Below, one piece after another: positions 1 to 12,178 of a DNA stretch of 64,000 bases (position 1 is the stretch's first letter; each line of letters begins with the position of its first letter). A model generated the notes under the pieces. That model was not told where the DNA came from. It made no database searches and saw nothing but the letters and a program-made list of their open reading frames with translations. A program made the position numbers and the translations under genes. This stretch comes from Octopus bimaculoides (taxonomy: Eukaryota), in the NCBI RefSeq assembly GCF_001194135.2, contig NC_068985.1:83393982-83457981 (forward strand), given 5' to 3'.

Positions 1-99
1 AAACTATCAAAATATTTAGATATAGGTCAGCAGTGTTCCTTATCCTGACAGAAGTGTTAATTCATCTCCATGACCAAACAATGTAAACAATAATCCTTT

Positions 100-275
100 T
101 CTACTCTTGGCACAAGGTCCGAAATTTTAGGGGAGGGGCCAATCGATTAGATTAACACCTGGTAGTTAATTTATCGACCCTGAAAGGATGAAAGGCAAAG
201 TTGACCTTGGTGGAATTTGAACTCAGAATGTACGAAATACCACTAAGCATTTTGCCTGGCATGTTAACGTTTCCA
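100..275 (-). mobile_element. tRNA-derived SINE, family A (head GGCGGCGAGCTGGCAGAA...GTTCAAATTCC; core GCCTTTCATCCTTTCGGGGTCGATAA)
   Basis: Reverse complement of the family also seen at 59128-59360; contains atcgacccctgaaaggatgaaaggcaaagttgacc and ggaatttgaactcagaa. Confidence 0.85.
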
Positions 276-939
276 GGTTGCCTCTACATGGTCATTCAAC
301 ATGAATTTTGTGAGAGATTGGCATAGACATTTAACACATTGGATGAAATGTCTTGCAGTATATTTTTTCGTGTCTTGCATTCTGAGTTCAGATCCTACCT
401 AGGTCATATTTGTCTTTTTATTGGTTTGGGATTAACAAATAAAGTAACAGTCTAGGGTGGATGACTGGCAGAATCATTAGAATGTCAAACAAGATGCTGT
501 GTGGTATTTGTTCCAGTTCTTTGCATTTTGAGTGCAGATCCCACCAAGGGAATCCAACCATAGAAACATCTGCCACCATATATTCTATCTGACTCAGACA
601 AGCATGGAAAAGTGGATATTAAAACAATGATGATGATGAGGAGGAGGAGGATAATGACGATTCACTTGTATTTCATCAACCACTAGAGAAATAAGATTCA
701 TTTTATCTAGTTTCAGCTCATGAGCTGTGGCCATGCTGGGGCACTGCCATTTTGCAAAAGATGCTCTCTTTCTTTTTTTTTTTATGAGTTTGTCAAAATC
801 AAAGTTATGCCTGTGATCTTTTGCAACCCTCCTAAACTGGCCATATGCATGTAGTTAATGTTCTGTAAGATGTACTGTGTTTCTCGTAACATTTTTCTTC
901 AATGTTTTGTCCTAGATTTAATTGGGCATGTGTCAAAAA

Positions 940-1250
940 GGTTTGTGAACGAATTTGGGAGATGGAAACTGAAAGAAGCCTGTCATATATGCATGTATGT
1001 GTATGTCAGTGCGTTTGCTTACATCTGTGGCCTATACAAGTAACTTGCTGTAAACAAAGTTGTTGTCATTTCTGCCAGCAAATCACATGCAGACTGTGCA
1101 ACTTTAAAGATGTGTGAAATAAGAGATCCCTAACCTGAAAAACAGGATTAATGATGGGAAAAGCATTTAGGTGTACATGCCTTAATATTACATTCATCTA
1201 ACCCATGCTAGCATGGAAAAATGGACATAAGACAAACATTGTTAAGAAGT
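940..1250 (+). mobile_element. SINE with a family-B-like 5' part and an RTE-type 3' tail
   Basis: gatggaaactgaaagaagcctgtc followed ~250 bp later by the RTE terminal motif catctaacccatgctagcatggaaa. Confidence 0.55.
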
Positions 1251-1524
1251 GTGAATCTAAACTGTGAGAGAAAAGCCATTTAGCTATAAAACTATGCCTC
1301 AGTATTACATTCCTCTAACCCATACTAACATGGCAAAAATGGATGTAAAACAGACATGGTTAAGAAGTGTGCTCCCCCCACCCCCCCGCATTATGTCTTG
1401 AGCTCACTTTCATTGTATGGTACCTTGGGCAAATGTCTTCTATTATAGCTCTAGTTCAACCAAAACCTTGTGAGTTGATTTGGTGCATGGGAACTGACAG
1501 AAGTCCATCATTATGTATGTATGT

Positions 1525-1529
1525 ATGTA

Positions 1530-1572
<43 letters not shown>
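1525..1572. repeat. (TATG)n/(TG)n microsatellite
   Basis: Direct inspection. Confidence 0.95.
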
Positions 1573-1576
<4 letters not shown>

Positions 1577-1589
1577 ATATATGCTTGCC

Positions 1590-1640
1590 ATCAGAAAAGT
1601 CAGAAAATTGAGTCAATGGGTTCCTCACAAACTTACATAG
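1590..1640 (+). mobile_element. Tiny mariner transposase scrap (WVPHKL motif)
   Basis: aga aaa gtc aga aaa ttg agt caa tgg gtt cct cac aaa ctt aca translates to RKVRKLSQWVPHKLT, matching the mariner WVPHEL linker. Confidence 0.5.
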
Positions 1641-1699
1641 TCTAATGCTCAGCCACGTACAGTGAGCATGACATTCAAAGGCTGGATCAGTCTGAATGG

Positions 1700-2333
1700 G
1701 AAGCTCAGAGTTGTAGAAAGTGTATGGAGAGGAGTATATGAGCCAAAAAATGTTCATGGTGACGAACATTCTGGGAAATCTGCAACCAACAGAACTGAGA
1801 AAAATATTGCAGATGTGCGTGCAGCTGTGCGGGAAATTGCCAAATCACCACCCATGTGTTATCAGAGGATGTGAAGATTACTTATGATTCAGTTCAGTCT
1901 ATTATCACTGTACCACTGAAGATATGGGTATGAGACGCTTGTGTCTGCCAAGTTTGTGCCAAAACTGCTTTCAGCTAACAATGCACCTGCCCATTCAGTA
2001 CAGCTTGTGCTGCAGTTTTTGGCTGGGCACAGCATTCCCCAAGTCTGACAGACACCGTATTCCCCAGATCTCACCCCTTGCGACTTTTTTCTCTTTTCAA
2101 AAATCAAATCTTGCTTGAAAGGAAGAAGATTTCAAGATGTCAAGGAAATCAAAGTGAATGTGATGAGGCAGCTGCTGATTATCCCAGAAAACTAGTTCCA
2201 AAAAACTCACCAATGGAAACAGTGCTGGATTAAGTGTGTGGCTTCCAAAGGGGTTACTTTTAAAGGAGATTAAATGCCAAATTGTAGTTTTATTTTTATA
2301 GCACCTGTCCGGATATTTATTGATCAGACCTCA
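1700..2333 (+). mobile_element. Internally deleted mariner element (transposase pseudogene with right TIR)
   Basis: Fragments DEHSGKSATNRTEKNIADV, GMRR.VSAKFVPKLLS, NAPAH, PYSPDLTPCDFFLFSKIK..LKGRRF and QWKQCWIKCVAS are present with frameshifts and stops. The right TIR gtccggatatttattgatcagacctca (2307-2333) is followed by TA. Confidence 0.88.
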
Positions 2334-2376
2334 TATTTATGTATGTGTGTATGTCTGTATGTATGTNNNNNNNNNN

Positions 2377-2526
2377 GAAACAGTGCTGGATTAAGTGTGT
2401 GGCTTCCAAAGGGGTTACTTTTAAAGAAGATTAAATGCCAAATTGTAGTTTTATTTTTATAGCACCTGTCCGGATACTTATTGATCAGACCTCATATTTA
2501 TGTATGTGTGTATGTCTGTATGTATG
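2377..2526 (+). other. Near-identical duplicate of 2217-2366 across a 10-N gap (probable haplotype or assembly overlap)
   Basis: The same ~150 bp occurs on both sides of the gap at 2367-2376, with 2 substitutions seen. Confidence 0.8.
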
Positions 2527-2907
2527 TATGTATGTATGCATGCATGTATGTATGTATTTATGCATGTATGCATGTATGTGTGTGTACATGCATGTATGTA
2601 TGTGTACATGCATGTATGTATGTGTATGTATATATGTGTGCATGTCTTTATGTCTGTCCCTACTACTCTTTGGAAACGTGTTGGTTTTTTTTTTTTTTAC
2701 ATACCTGTAACTTATCCAGTTTGACCTAAAAGATTTAGAAAATAGCACCAAGCTTAAAAAAACAACTGTTGGAATTTATTGAATCCTTCAAGGTAGTGCC
2801 CCAGTATAATTGCAGTCCAATGACTGAAACCAGTGAAAGACATATATGACAGGCATCCATACAAACTCCTTCTACCAATCATTGATTAATTCTAGACTAC
2901 AGCAGAA

Positions 2908-3320
2908 TACACTTAACCCTCTAGCAATCACTTAACCCTCTAGCAATCACTTAACCCTCTAGCATTACTCTGTCAAGAGTAATGCTTATTCATTCGCATT
3001 GTTTAATCATGAATTATCTCTTAACTTCAAGATTTCAATCATCATCATCATTTAACGTCCATTTTACATACTGGCTTGGGTTAAATGGTTTAACCAGGAC
3101 TGGTAAGCTGAATAACTGCCCCACATTCCAGTTGTCTGTTTTGGCTCAGTTTCTATGGCTGGATGCCCTTTCTAATGCGAACCACTTTACATTATTATTT
3201 ATTTTTAGAATGACATTGTAGGGTAGTGTAGGTAGGAGAGGCCTGATCTGATCAGCTCAAACATAAAACAAGTTGGACATTTGGGTCGGGTATATCTGGT
3301 TTAAATTCTAATAGGCTGAG
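2908..3320 (-). mobile_element. TTAA-type (piggyBac-like) MITE, degenerate, with a 19-bp terminal triplication and an inserted RTE tail
   Basis: Both ends match the element at 39858-40076 in reverse. (cacttaaccctctagcaat) occurs x3 at ~2910-2963, and an RTE 3' end lies at 3043-3190. Confidence 0.6.
3043..3190 (-). mobile_element. RTE LINE 3' end with (GAT)n tail
   Basis: catcatcatcatttaacgtcc...ctggatgccctttctaatgcgaaccacttt is the reverse of the RTE 3' terminus at 9515-9690. Confidence 0.8.
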
Positions 3321-3838
3321 CCTAAAATCACATGACTGCCAAAAATGTTTCTTAACCAGAAAGCCATGCCAAATCAATCTTGAATAATAATTTCTCTATT
3401 TTATCAATAACACTTTTACAAAGCCAATGGCACTATCTCATGGCCTTCGTAAGCCTTCCAAGTAAAATTGATGTGGGTTGCGAAAAGTATTAGAATCTGC
3501 TGATCAATGACTGCAGAAAGCACAAAGGAGTGTTGTTACTAGTTCAAATGTGCTTGGAACATATTTGAACCTATAAGAAAGCCATTCACTGTGTTTAGTC
3601 ATGGTGAAAATTTGTTGTAGCCAAATCGTGTAAATACAGCTAAATTAGCTCACAGCACCACCTGCCCAGACTGTGAGACGCAAGTAATTTGAAGTGGTTA
3701 TCTCCTCTTCAGTCACAGAAATCACACAGGGTGCATAACAAGTTGGTAAGAGTGATTGTCTCTCTTGTGATATTTCAGTCATCATACAATGACTGGTAGT
3801 ACTAAACAGCAGCTCACTGTAAACAAATTACAGGGTAG

Positions 3839-4130
3839 CAGTAGTTCCCAAACTTCTTTGGGCTGCCACCCCCTTGACACCCAGATCACATTCCTAGCGC
3901 CCCCACCCCAACTAACCATCACAAAAATAGACGTCTTTCTGAAGCAAATTCAAAGCAACTGTATTTCACAAATAAAACTTAGCCTAATGAACCCATTATT
4001 TTGTAGTTTTTGCATGAATCACTACCCCATTATCACCCCACTTTTCTTCAAAACCCCTTTGGAACTTTCCACCACCCCCAGGTCAATACCTGGGGGTGGT
4101 GGAAAGTACTGCCCACTTTGTGAACCACTA
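3839..4130. mobile_element. hAT (Charlie-like) MITE
   Basis: Imperfect TIRs cagtagttcccaaact / actttgtgaaccacta resemble CAGTGGTTCCCAAA. There is a GC-rich subterminal hairpin at 4064-4107. The 8-bp TSD is not conserved. Confidence 0.6.
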
Positions 4131-5009
4131 CTATAGAGGAACATGGACTATGATAGTAAAGATAGAGAAGGTACAGAGCAGACACAGCATGACTATCGTT
4201 CAGAATTTAAATATGGTGTGTGAACTTTTGTCAGTGGAGCAGATATCACTGTGTAGCATGATTTTTGTCCTTACTTAGCAACTGTTATTTTCTATTTGCT
4301 TACCTCCAACTTATCTTCAAACTTAGCTTTTGTAACATTTATTCTTCAAACTTTGCTTTCGTAACATTTATTCAAACCACAAATAATCCCTCTCAACACA
4401 TAGCTATAATGCTTCCTCCCACTACTCCTGCTCATGATCAGAGATGTACTTTTTGTCAGCCACGAAGGGACATGCTCAAGTGGTTAAGGTCAAGCAATTG
4501 ACAAGTAAATCTGGGTATTGAGCAGAATATTTGCTCTAATGATACTTCTGTTTCAGCAACTCAGCACTGAATCTGTCTGAAATGTAATGGAAAACATTGA
4601 TGCCCAGGTCAAAAAAGCAAAGTTTGAAGGGAATAATAGTAATTTCCTTTGAATTCTAGATAGAAGCAAAAAAACAAATAACACTTTCTGACCAAAGACA
4701 GAAAAGAAAAAGAAAAATTTTGTTACACAGTGTAATCTGTGGGCTAGAATAATTATGGGTTTAGCTTAGGAAACAAAATTGCATGACATTCCTTCTTTGC
4801 CAGTAATAACACCTTAAGAGAATGCATAATGCAGAGTGAACAGGAATTGAAACTGTTGCATAAGATGATCTCAGTAGGAGGATAAGAATAATTTCTCTTT
4901 GGCACTGTCCACATGAAGCTGAATAATAGTAAATTTGTAAAACCATTATGATAAGTTGATTGATAAAAATTTAGCATGATAGATAGATTTGTGCACAGAT
5001 AAATGTATG

Positions 5010-5019
5010 TGTACATACA

Positions 5020-5099
<80 letters not shown>

Positions 5100-5262
5100 T
5101 ATATGTATGTATATATATGTGTGTGTGTATATATATGTACATATATATATATATATATATGTATGTATATTTATACATATATATATATATATATATATAT
5201 TCACGCACACACACACATATGTAGATGCATAGATACATACATGCATGTGCACATACGCACAC
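5010..5262. repeat. Compound (TACA)n/(TA)n/(CA)n microsatellite
   Basis: Direct inspection. Confidence 0.95.
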
Positions 5263-6559
5263 ATACATTTAAATTAAGAAATTGATATATAGGTGGCTGG
5301 ATAGATAGGTGGACCAATAAACAGTCAGACAGATAATCACATACATAGATACTTAGTAGTTTAAAACATTATCGTGAGATTATGAAAAAAAAAAATTGAA
5401 AATTCAATTTTAATTTATGACAACAGAAAATGATGTATTGCTGTAATTTATATTTTTGTCAGATTGTTTTACATACACACGCAAAAACAAAACATGGATA
5501 CAAACACATACATACATACATACATATACACTTATGTATACATATATACATATGCATACTATATATATATATATATAGATAGATAGATGGAGATGAAGAT
5601 ATAGATATATATANNNNNNNNNNATATATATAGATAGATAGATGGAGATGAAGATATAGATATATATAACATAAATAAGCCTACCAACATAATGTATATA
5701 TGTATATACACACACACACACGCACACATATATATATACACACACAAATGAACACAGTTATGTGTGTATATGATTGCATGTACAATATACATGAAATCTA
5801 ATTGTTTATTTATTCATTATTTTCTTGTTTTTTCGCTTTTAATCTCATTAATATATTTTTACCCATTCCATACCCACTTCACCAAACTAAAGTTTATTAA
5901 AGTGATTAGAGCCACTTAAAATTTCAGTATAAATACAGTTGCTGAAGCTATCAATTTTCTCTTGGAGATTTTCCAGACAAATTTAGTGAAATTATTTTAT
6001 CTGACTATTTAACTTATATGTGTTTGTATATACATGTATACAAATACATCATTATCAACGTCATCATCATCATCATTATCATCATCATCATTTTTTTTTT
6101 ATCTACTTTTTATTTTGGTATTCGTTAGATGATGAGTCTACATGGACTGAGTCATTTCTTATTTGAAGTTACTCTTCTCATAGACGGGTTAGGTACCATG
6201 TTTTGCTTAAAATGTTCCAATTTTTGGCATATTTTTGACCTCTGAATAAGCCTTTCCTATTGGTAATCAATTTATAGAGCATTCACTTGGTGCTTTTATT
6301 GTAAAACCAGCAACAGGGATGCTTTCATGTTCTCAGCAAAATAAAAGAGTATTCCCTACTTATGTGCATTCCCTACTCTATGTACATACATTCCTATATG
6401 CATACATATGCAGTGCTCCAACATGGCCACAGTCAAATGACTGAGACAAGTAAAAGAGAAAAGAGAAAGAAATATAACACATATATATATATATATGTGT
6501 ATGTATGTATGTGTGTGTGTGGGTATGTGTGTATGCGTGTGCACATGTGTGTGTGTGCG

Positions 6560-6800
6560 TGTGTACATGTGTGTGTATGTGCCTTAGTGTTTGGCCCCCA
6601 ACCATTGCTTGACAACCTGTGTTGGTTTGTTTATGTCCTTATAACTTAGCAGCTTTTCAAAAGAGACTAATAGTACAAGTGTTAAAAGCAAAATAAGCAC
6701 TGAAATTGATTTCTTTGACTAACACATACAAGGGACCCCCACCACCCCTTTTCACCAGCATGGCTGCAGTTCAGTGACCGAAACAAATAAAACATACATA
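6560..6800 (+). mobile_element. SINE family B, 3' half
   Basis: tgtttggcccccaaccattgcttgacaacc...cagcatggctgcagttcagtgaccgaaacaaataaa matches the family B tail. Confidence 0.7.
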
Positions 6801-6819
6801 TTTCAAGTGACCTATAAAT

Positions 6820-7035
6820 ATAACGGCTTCAAATTTTGGTAAAGGCTAGCAATATCAGCGGAGGGAGCTAAGTCAATAACTTCAACCCCACCAGTACTTG
6901 ACTGGTATTTACTTTATCAACTCTGACAGGAGGAAAGCCAAAGTCAACCTCAGCAGAATTTGAATTCAGAACATAAGGAAGGATGAGGTACCACTAAGCA
7001 TTTTGCCTAGTGTGCTACCAATTCTGCCAGCTCAC
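6820..7035 (-). mobile_element. SINE family A
   Basis: Core and head in reverse (ctggtatttactttatcaac...gaatttgaattcagaac...tctgccagctcac). Confidence 0.75.
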
Positions 7036-7274
7036 TATTTTAGTGACATATAAACATAATATCAAATATGTATAACAAATACTTACTTTACTACACAGGA
7101 TAAACTTATACTATAGCCACTTGCCTTGTTATTGAAGACAGAACTAATATTTTAACTCCATAAGAAAGTGGTTGAGTGTAGTGTCAGGTTAAACTTGAAG
7201 TCCCACCCAACAAATATTTTATAATAACTTGGTGCTGTCCTCTGTATCAAGTACCCCCTCAGTCTGTAAATATT

Positions 7275-7510
7275 TATTTCTTTATTGCTTACAGGGGGCT
7301 AAACATAGAGGGGCCAACAAAGACAGACAAAGACAGGCAGATTAAGTCGATTGCATCGACCCCAGTGCATAGTTGGTACTTATTTAATCGACCCCAAAAG
7401 GATGAAAGGCAAAGTCAACCGCAGCAGAATTTGAACTCAGAACATAATAGCAGATGAAATACCGCTAAGCATTTCTCCCAGCATGCTAATGATTCTGCCA
7501 GCTCACCACC
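7275..7510 (-). mobile_element. SINE family A, near full length
   Basis: Reverse complement of 59128-59360, including the tail tttattgcttacagggggctaaacatagaggg. Confidence 0.88.
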
Positions 7511-7799
7511 CGAGTCTGGAATATTCAGCTGATATTCTTACATTTGATTTAAATTAAAAACCTTGATATAACATATGTATAATTTTTCTTTGAGTTTTAT
7601 TGAAGTTTTGGGGAGAGCTCAAAGTGGTCACTAACAAAGTCACAAGACTCTTTGAGTTAAGGAACTTCCCGGTGTTTGTAAATATTTAGCAGAATTGGTG
7701 TGTTGGTTGAACTGTCGTTGCATACACCTGAGTATGTGAATCCATTCATATTAGAATCTCAGATGGAAAATTTGGGGAATGTCTTAGAAATCTTCACTA

Positions 7800-8037
7800 T
7801 TCTTTTATTCTTTTACTTGTTCCAGTGATTTGACTGTGGCCATGCTGGAGCACTGCTTTTAGTCGAACAAATCAACCTCAGGACTTATTCTTTGTAAGCC
7901 TAGTACTTATTCTATCAGTCTCTTTTGCTGAACAACTAAGTTACAGGGATGTTAAACACGCCAGCATCAGTTGTCAAGCGATGGTGTGGGGACAAACACA
8001 GACACAAACACAAACACATACACACACACATATATAT

Positions 8038-8082
<45 letters not shown>

Positions 8083-9035
8083 NNNNNNNNNNNNNNNNNN
8101 NNNNNNNNNNNNNNNNNNNNNNNNNNNNNNNNNNNNNNNNNNNNNNNNNNNNNNNNNNNNNNNNNNNNNNNNNNNNNNNNNNNNNNNNNNNNNNNNNNNN
8201 NNNNNNNNNNNNNNNNNNNNNNNNNNNNNNNNNNNNNNNNNNNNNNNNNNNNNNNNNNNNNNNNNNNNNNNNNNNNNNNNNNNNNNNNNNNNNNNNNNNN
8301 NNNNNNNNNNNNNNNNNNNNNNNNNNNNNNNNNNNNNNNNNNNNNNNNNNNNNNNNNNNNNNNNNNNNNNNNNNNNNNNNNNNNNNNNNNNNNNNNNNNN
8401 NNNNNNNNNNNNNNNNNNNNNNNNNNNNNNNNNNNNNNNNNNNNNNNNNNNNNNNNNNNNNNNNNNNNNNNNNNNNNNNNNNNNNNNNNNNNNNNNNNNN
8501 NNNNNNNNNNNNNNNNNNNNNNNNNNNNNNNNNNNNNNNNNNNNNNNNNNNNNNNNNNNNNNNNNNNNNNNNNNNNNNNNNNNNNNNNNNNNNNNNNNNN
8601 NNNNNNNNNNNNNNNNNNNNNNNNNNNNNNNNNNNNNNNNNNNNNNNNNNNNNNNNNNNNNNNNNNNNNNNNNNNNNNNNNNNNNNNNNNNNNNNNNNNN
8701 NNNNTTTTTTTTCTCCGTGTTTTTCTCCTTGTCTCCATATTCTTTCTGTTAAAGAGCATAGCTCGAAACGTCAAAGACTTTCCGTATTCCTGAGCGTCAT
8801 ACTAATACATCCTTTTGTTATTTACACCACCTGTCCTCGTCTGTTGTTGTTTTTTCGTACATTCTCCCCCCTATACATATATATACGATGGGCTTCTTTC
8901 AGTTTCCACCTACCAAATCCACTCACAAGGCTTTGGTCGGCCCGAGGCTATAGTAGAAGACACTTGCCCAACTTGCCATGCAGTGGGACTGAACCCGGAA
9001 CCATGTGGTTAGTAAACAAACTACTTACCACACAG
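7800..9035 (-). mobile_element. SINE family B split by its internal microsatellite, a gap and a Penelope-like fragment (3' half 7800-8020, 5' half 8880-9035)
   Basis: Both halves match the complete copies at 20720-21090 and 27325-27690. Confidence 0.75.
8705..8870 (+). mobile_element. Penelope-like element terminal fragment carrying a minimal hammerhead-like fold (8741-8777)
   Basis: TCTTT-CTGTTAAA-GAGC-ATA-GCTC-GAAAC-GTC-AAAGA has the stem I / core / stem II / GAAA / GUC layout. It is followed by a pyrimidine-rich tract ending at a TA-rich microsatellite. Confidence 0.55.
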
Positions 9036-9514
9036 CCATCACAAATATATTGGATTTGGAGAATCTGCATCAGTTTCTTTTACTCCTTCTCCAAGAAACC
9101 GAATATTTCTAAGTTTTTGTGGAAATTTGCTGGTACATAACCTAATGCACTTATAATGTTAGGTACAAAGGAACAATGTACGAACATCCCTTCACTCTTC
9201 CTCTTAATTTTTAGGGTTAATTTTTTGATTGGCCACCTTCCTGGTGGCAAGGCTGTAAAGAAATGGAAATTTTCTTCATTTATTGTATAAGTATTCATCT
9301 TTTGCATTGTAAGTACATTTTACAAATTTTGAAGGTTCCAGACATCATGGTCATTTCTAGCTTATGAATTTAGAAGCTAAATTCTTTCTCCACAAATCCA
9401 AGTTCAGTTAAACATTAGTCCAGGCAGGTATGCAACTGAATGAGTATTTTCTGTGTGTGTATGTGTGCATGCATGTGTACATATATGTACATATGTGTGG
9501 GTGCTTTTTTTAGA

Positions 9515-9690
9515 GAGTGTAAAAGCACCCACTACACTCTCTGAGTGGTTGGCGTTAGGAAGGGCATCCAGCTGTAGAAACTCTGCCAGATCAGATTGGA
9601 GCCTGGTGTAGCCATCTGGTTCACCAGTTTTCAGTCAAATCGTCCAACCCATGCTAGCATGGAAAGCGTACGTTAAACGATGATGATGAT
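9515..9690 (+). mobile_element. RTE LINE 3' terminus, well preserved, with (GAT)n tail
   Basis: aaagcacccactacactctctgagtggttggcgttaggaagggcatccagctgtagaaa...aacccatgctagcatggaaagcgtacgttaaacgatgatgatgat. The same terminus follows RT C-terminal ORF fragments at 57 and 62 kb. Confidence 0.85.
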
Positions 9691-10738
9691 GCATGTGTGT
9701 GTGTCTGTTTGTATGTATGTATTTGATGAAAAGAAGGGGAAAACAATAATGTTACAATATGTCCTCATCTAACCCATGCTAGCATGGAAAGACGGATGTA
9801 AACTCAACAAAATAACAGATAAGTGTGTGTGTGTGTGCATGTGTGTTTTTGTGTGTGCATGCATGGGTGTAGTGTTTTATGTGTGTGTCATTGAATCCAC
9901 TAAATACTTCACAGAAAAAATGGAAAAAGTTTATATTAAAATATCTAAAATCAAAGCCAGAAAGTCTAAATAATTGACCAATATTATCAGAATAAAACTC
10001 AAAATACTATTCCACCAACGCCGTTACTGTCACAAAACCATCACCACCACCACGACCACCACCACCACACATGCATACTTAAATATAGTAAACTCAACTA
10101 AATAACTTAACAAAGCCAAATGTATAAATATGAATAAATATCAATACATAAATAAGCTTACTAAACAAATAAGAATAAATAAAATTATCCTATCAAAATG
10201 TTTGCTCTGATTGGTGGTGGTGGTGGTGGCAGCAGCAGTGGCGGCGGGAACTCAGTGTCGGTTGTTGGTACCGGAGGTAAANNNNNNNNNNNNNNNNNNN
10301 NNNNNNNNNNNNNNNNNNNNNNNNNNNNNNNNNNNNNNNNNNNNNNNNNNNNNNNNNNNNNNNNNNNNNNNNNNNNNNNNNNNNNNNNNNNNNNNNNNNN
10401 NNNNNNNNNNNNNNNNNNNNNNNNNNNNNNNNNNNNNNNNNNNNNNNNNNNNNNNNNNNNNNNNNNNNNNNNNNNNNNNNNNNNNNNNNNNNNNNNNNNN
10501 NNNNNNNNNNNNNNNNNNNNNNNNNNNNNNNNNNNNNNNNNNNNNNNNNNNNNNNNNNNNNNNNNNNNNNNNNNNNNNNNNNNNNNNNNNNNNNNNNNNN
10601 NNNNNNNNNNNNNNNNNNNNNNNNNNNNNNNNNNNNNNNNNNNNNNNNNNNNNNNNNNNNNNNNNNNNNNNNNNNNNNNNNNNNNNNNNNNNNNNNNNNN
10701 NNNNNNNNNNNNNNNNNNNNNNNNNNNNNNNNNNNATA

Positions 10739-10779
<41 letters not shown>

Positions 10780-11254
10780 GTGAAAAGAAAGAAAGAATTA
10801 TGAACGGAATAAATAAAAGAATTAAGTTAAATTAAATTAAATTTCAATATAAGAAAAAAAAAAAGAAAATTTGTAAATGGAAATCCAAACACAATAAAGT
10901 ATAAAAGTCAATAAATAAAAAAATAAATAATTAACTAAATATATTTAATAAATATAAAAGTTTCAAAATGAAAATTAAATACAAGTGTTTCAAAATTTCA
11001 TAAATATAGCATTTGAGTGTATATGTGTATATACATGTGCACACACATACACAGACACACATATATGCGCACACACATGCACACACACACATATTTGTGT
11101 ATTTATATGTGTGTGAGTGTATGTTTATATATATTTGTATACACATATATATATATATTAATAAACCCTTTTTCGAAATTTTTATCTTTAATACCAAGCT
11201 GTGAAAATTCACTGTTTAAATACATGATTTATTATGTATAACGTTTTATTCTTT

Positions 11255-11306
11255 TTATCATCATCATCATCATCATCACATCGTCATCATCACCATTACC
11301 ATCATC

Positions 11307-11339
<33 letters not shown>

Positions 11340-11385
11340 ATCATCATCATCATCGTTATTATTGTTGTTGCTGTTGTTGCTTGTC
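11255..11385. repeat. (CAT)n/(TAT)n trinucleotide compound microsatellite
   Basis: Direct inspection. Confidence 0.9.
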
Positions 11386-11660
11386 TGTTGTGTGTATGTG
11401 TCTGTCGTGGAGTTGTATATGCATCTATGTGAGCATGTGTGTTTATTTGTTGTCCTTCTAACCTGCATTAAATATACTTAAGATATCGCAATGTTAACGA
11501 TAAAAACAACAACAACAGCAACAACATCAACAATTGCAGCAATAACAACAAAATAAAATAAACAAACAAATATAAAGGAATAAATCATAAAATAAAATAA
11601 GCTGTACATTTTAAAATTGCATGTCACTTTTATTGATGTAGATTCTCTCTCCCTTGTCCC

Positions 11661-11697
<37 letters not shown>

Positions 11698-11875
11698 ACT
11701 CTGTCTACCTCTGTCTCATGCTTTCTAATTTTCTTTTACTTTCACTTTCATTTTCCTTTTTCTTCTGACTCTTTTTCCTTCACTTTTCTTTTTCCTGTTC
11801 TTTCACGCACAATGTCTTTTATCTTTCTTTGAGTTAGACTACATGCATTGTCAAACACACACACGTCTGTCCATT

Positions 11876-11913
<38 letters not shown>

Positions 11914-12141
11914 CACACTCTCCCCTTCTCTCTCTATTTTTCTCTCTGTCTCTTTCTTTGTCTCTCTCTCTCTCTCCTTGCTTTTGACACACATATGCAC
12001 ATACATGCAATTGCAGTTGCATTCCTCTTACAATCTCCCCCTCTGCTACACACAAACACAGGTAGCTATATATATATATATATATGCACACCTGCTTTCA
12101 CATATGCATTCATTCACATGCACCCATACCTTCACACACAT

Positions 12142-12178
<37 letters not shown>

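Noticed and set aside
2217-2526. Biological tandem duplication of the mariner right end
   Set aside because: The copies sit either side of a 10-N placeholder gap and differ at ~2 sites, typical of unmerged haplotypes. The same pattern occurs around 5614-5623.
7949-9140. Long ORFs spanning N-runs (also at 22.6, 27.4, 31.2, 41.8 and 51.6 kb)
   Set aside because: They are artefacts of translating gaps as X, plus YI/HT/VC dipeptide repeats from microsatellites.
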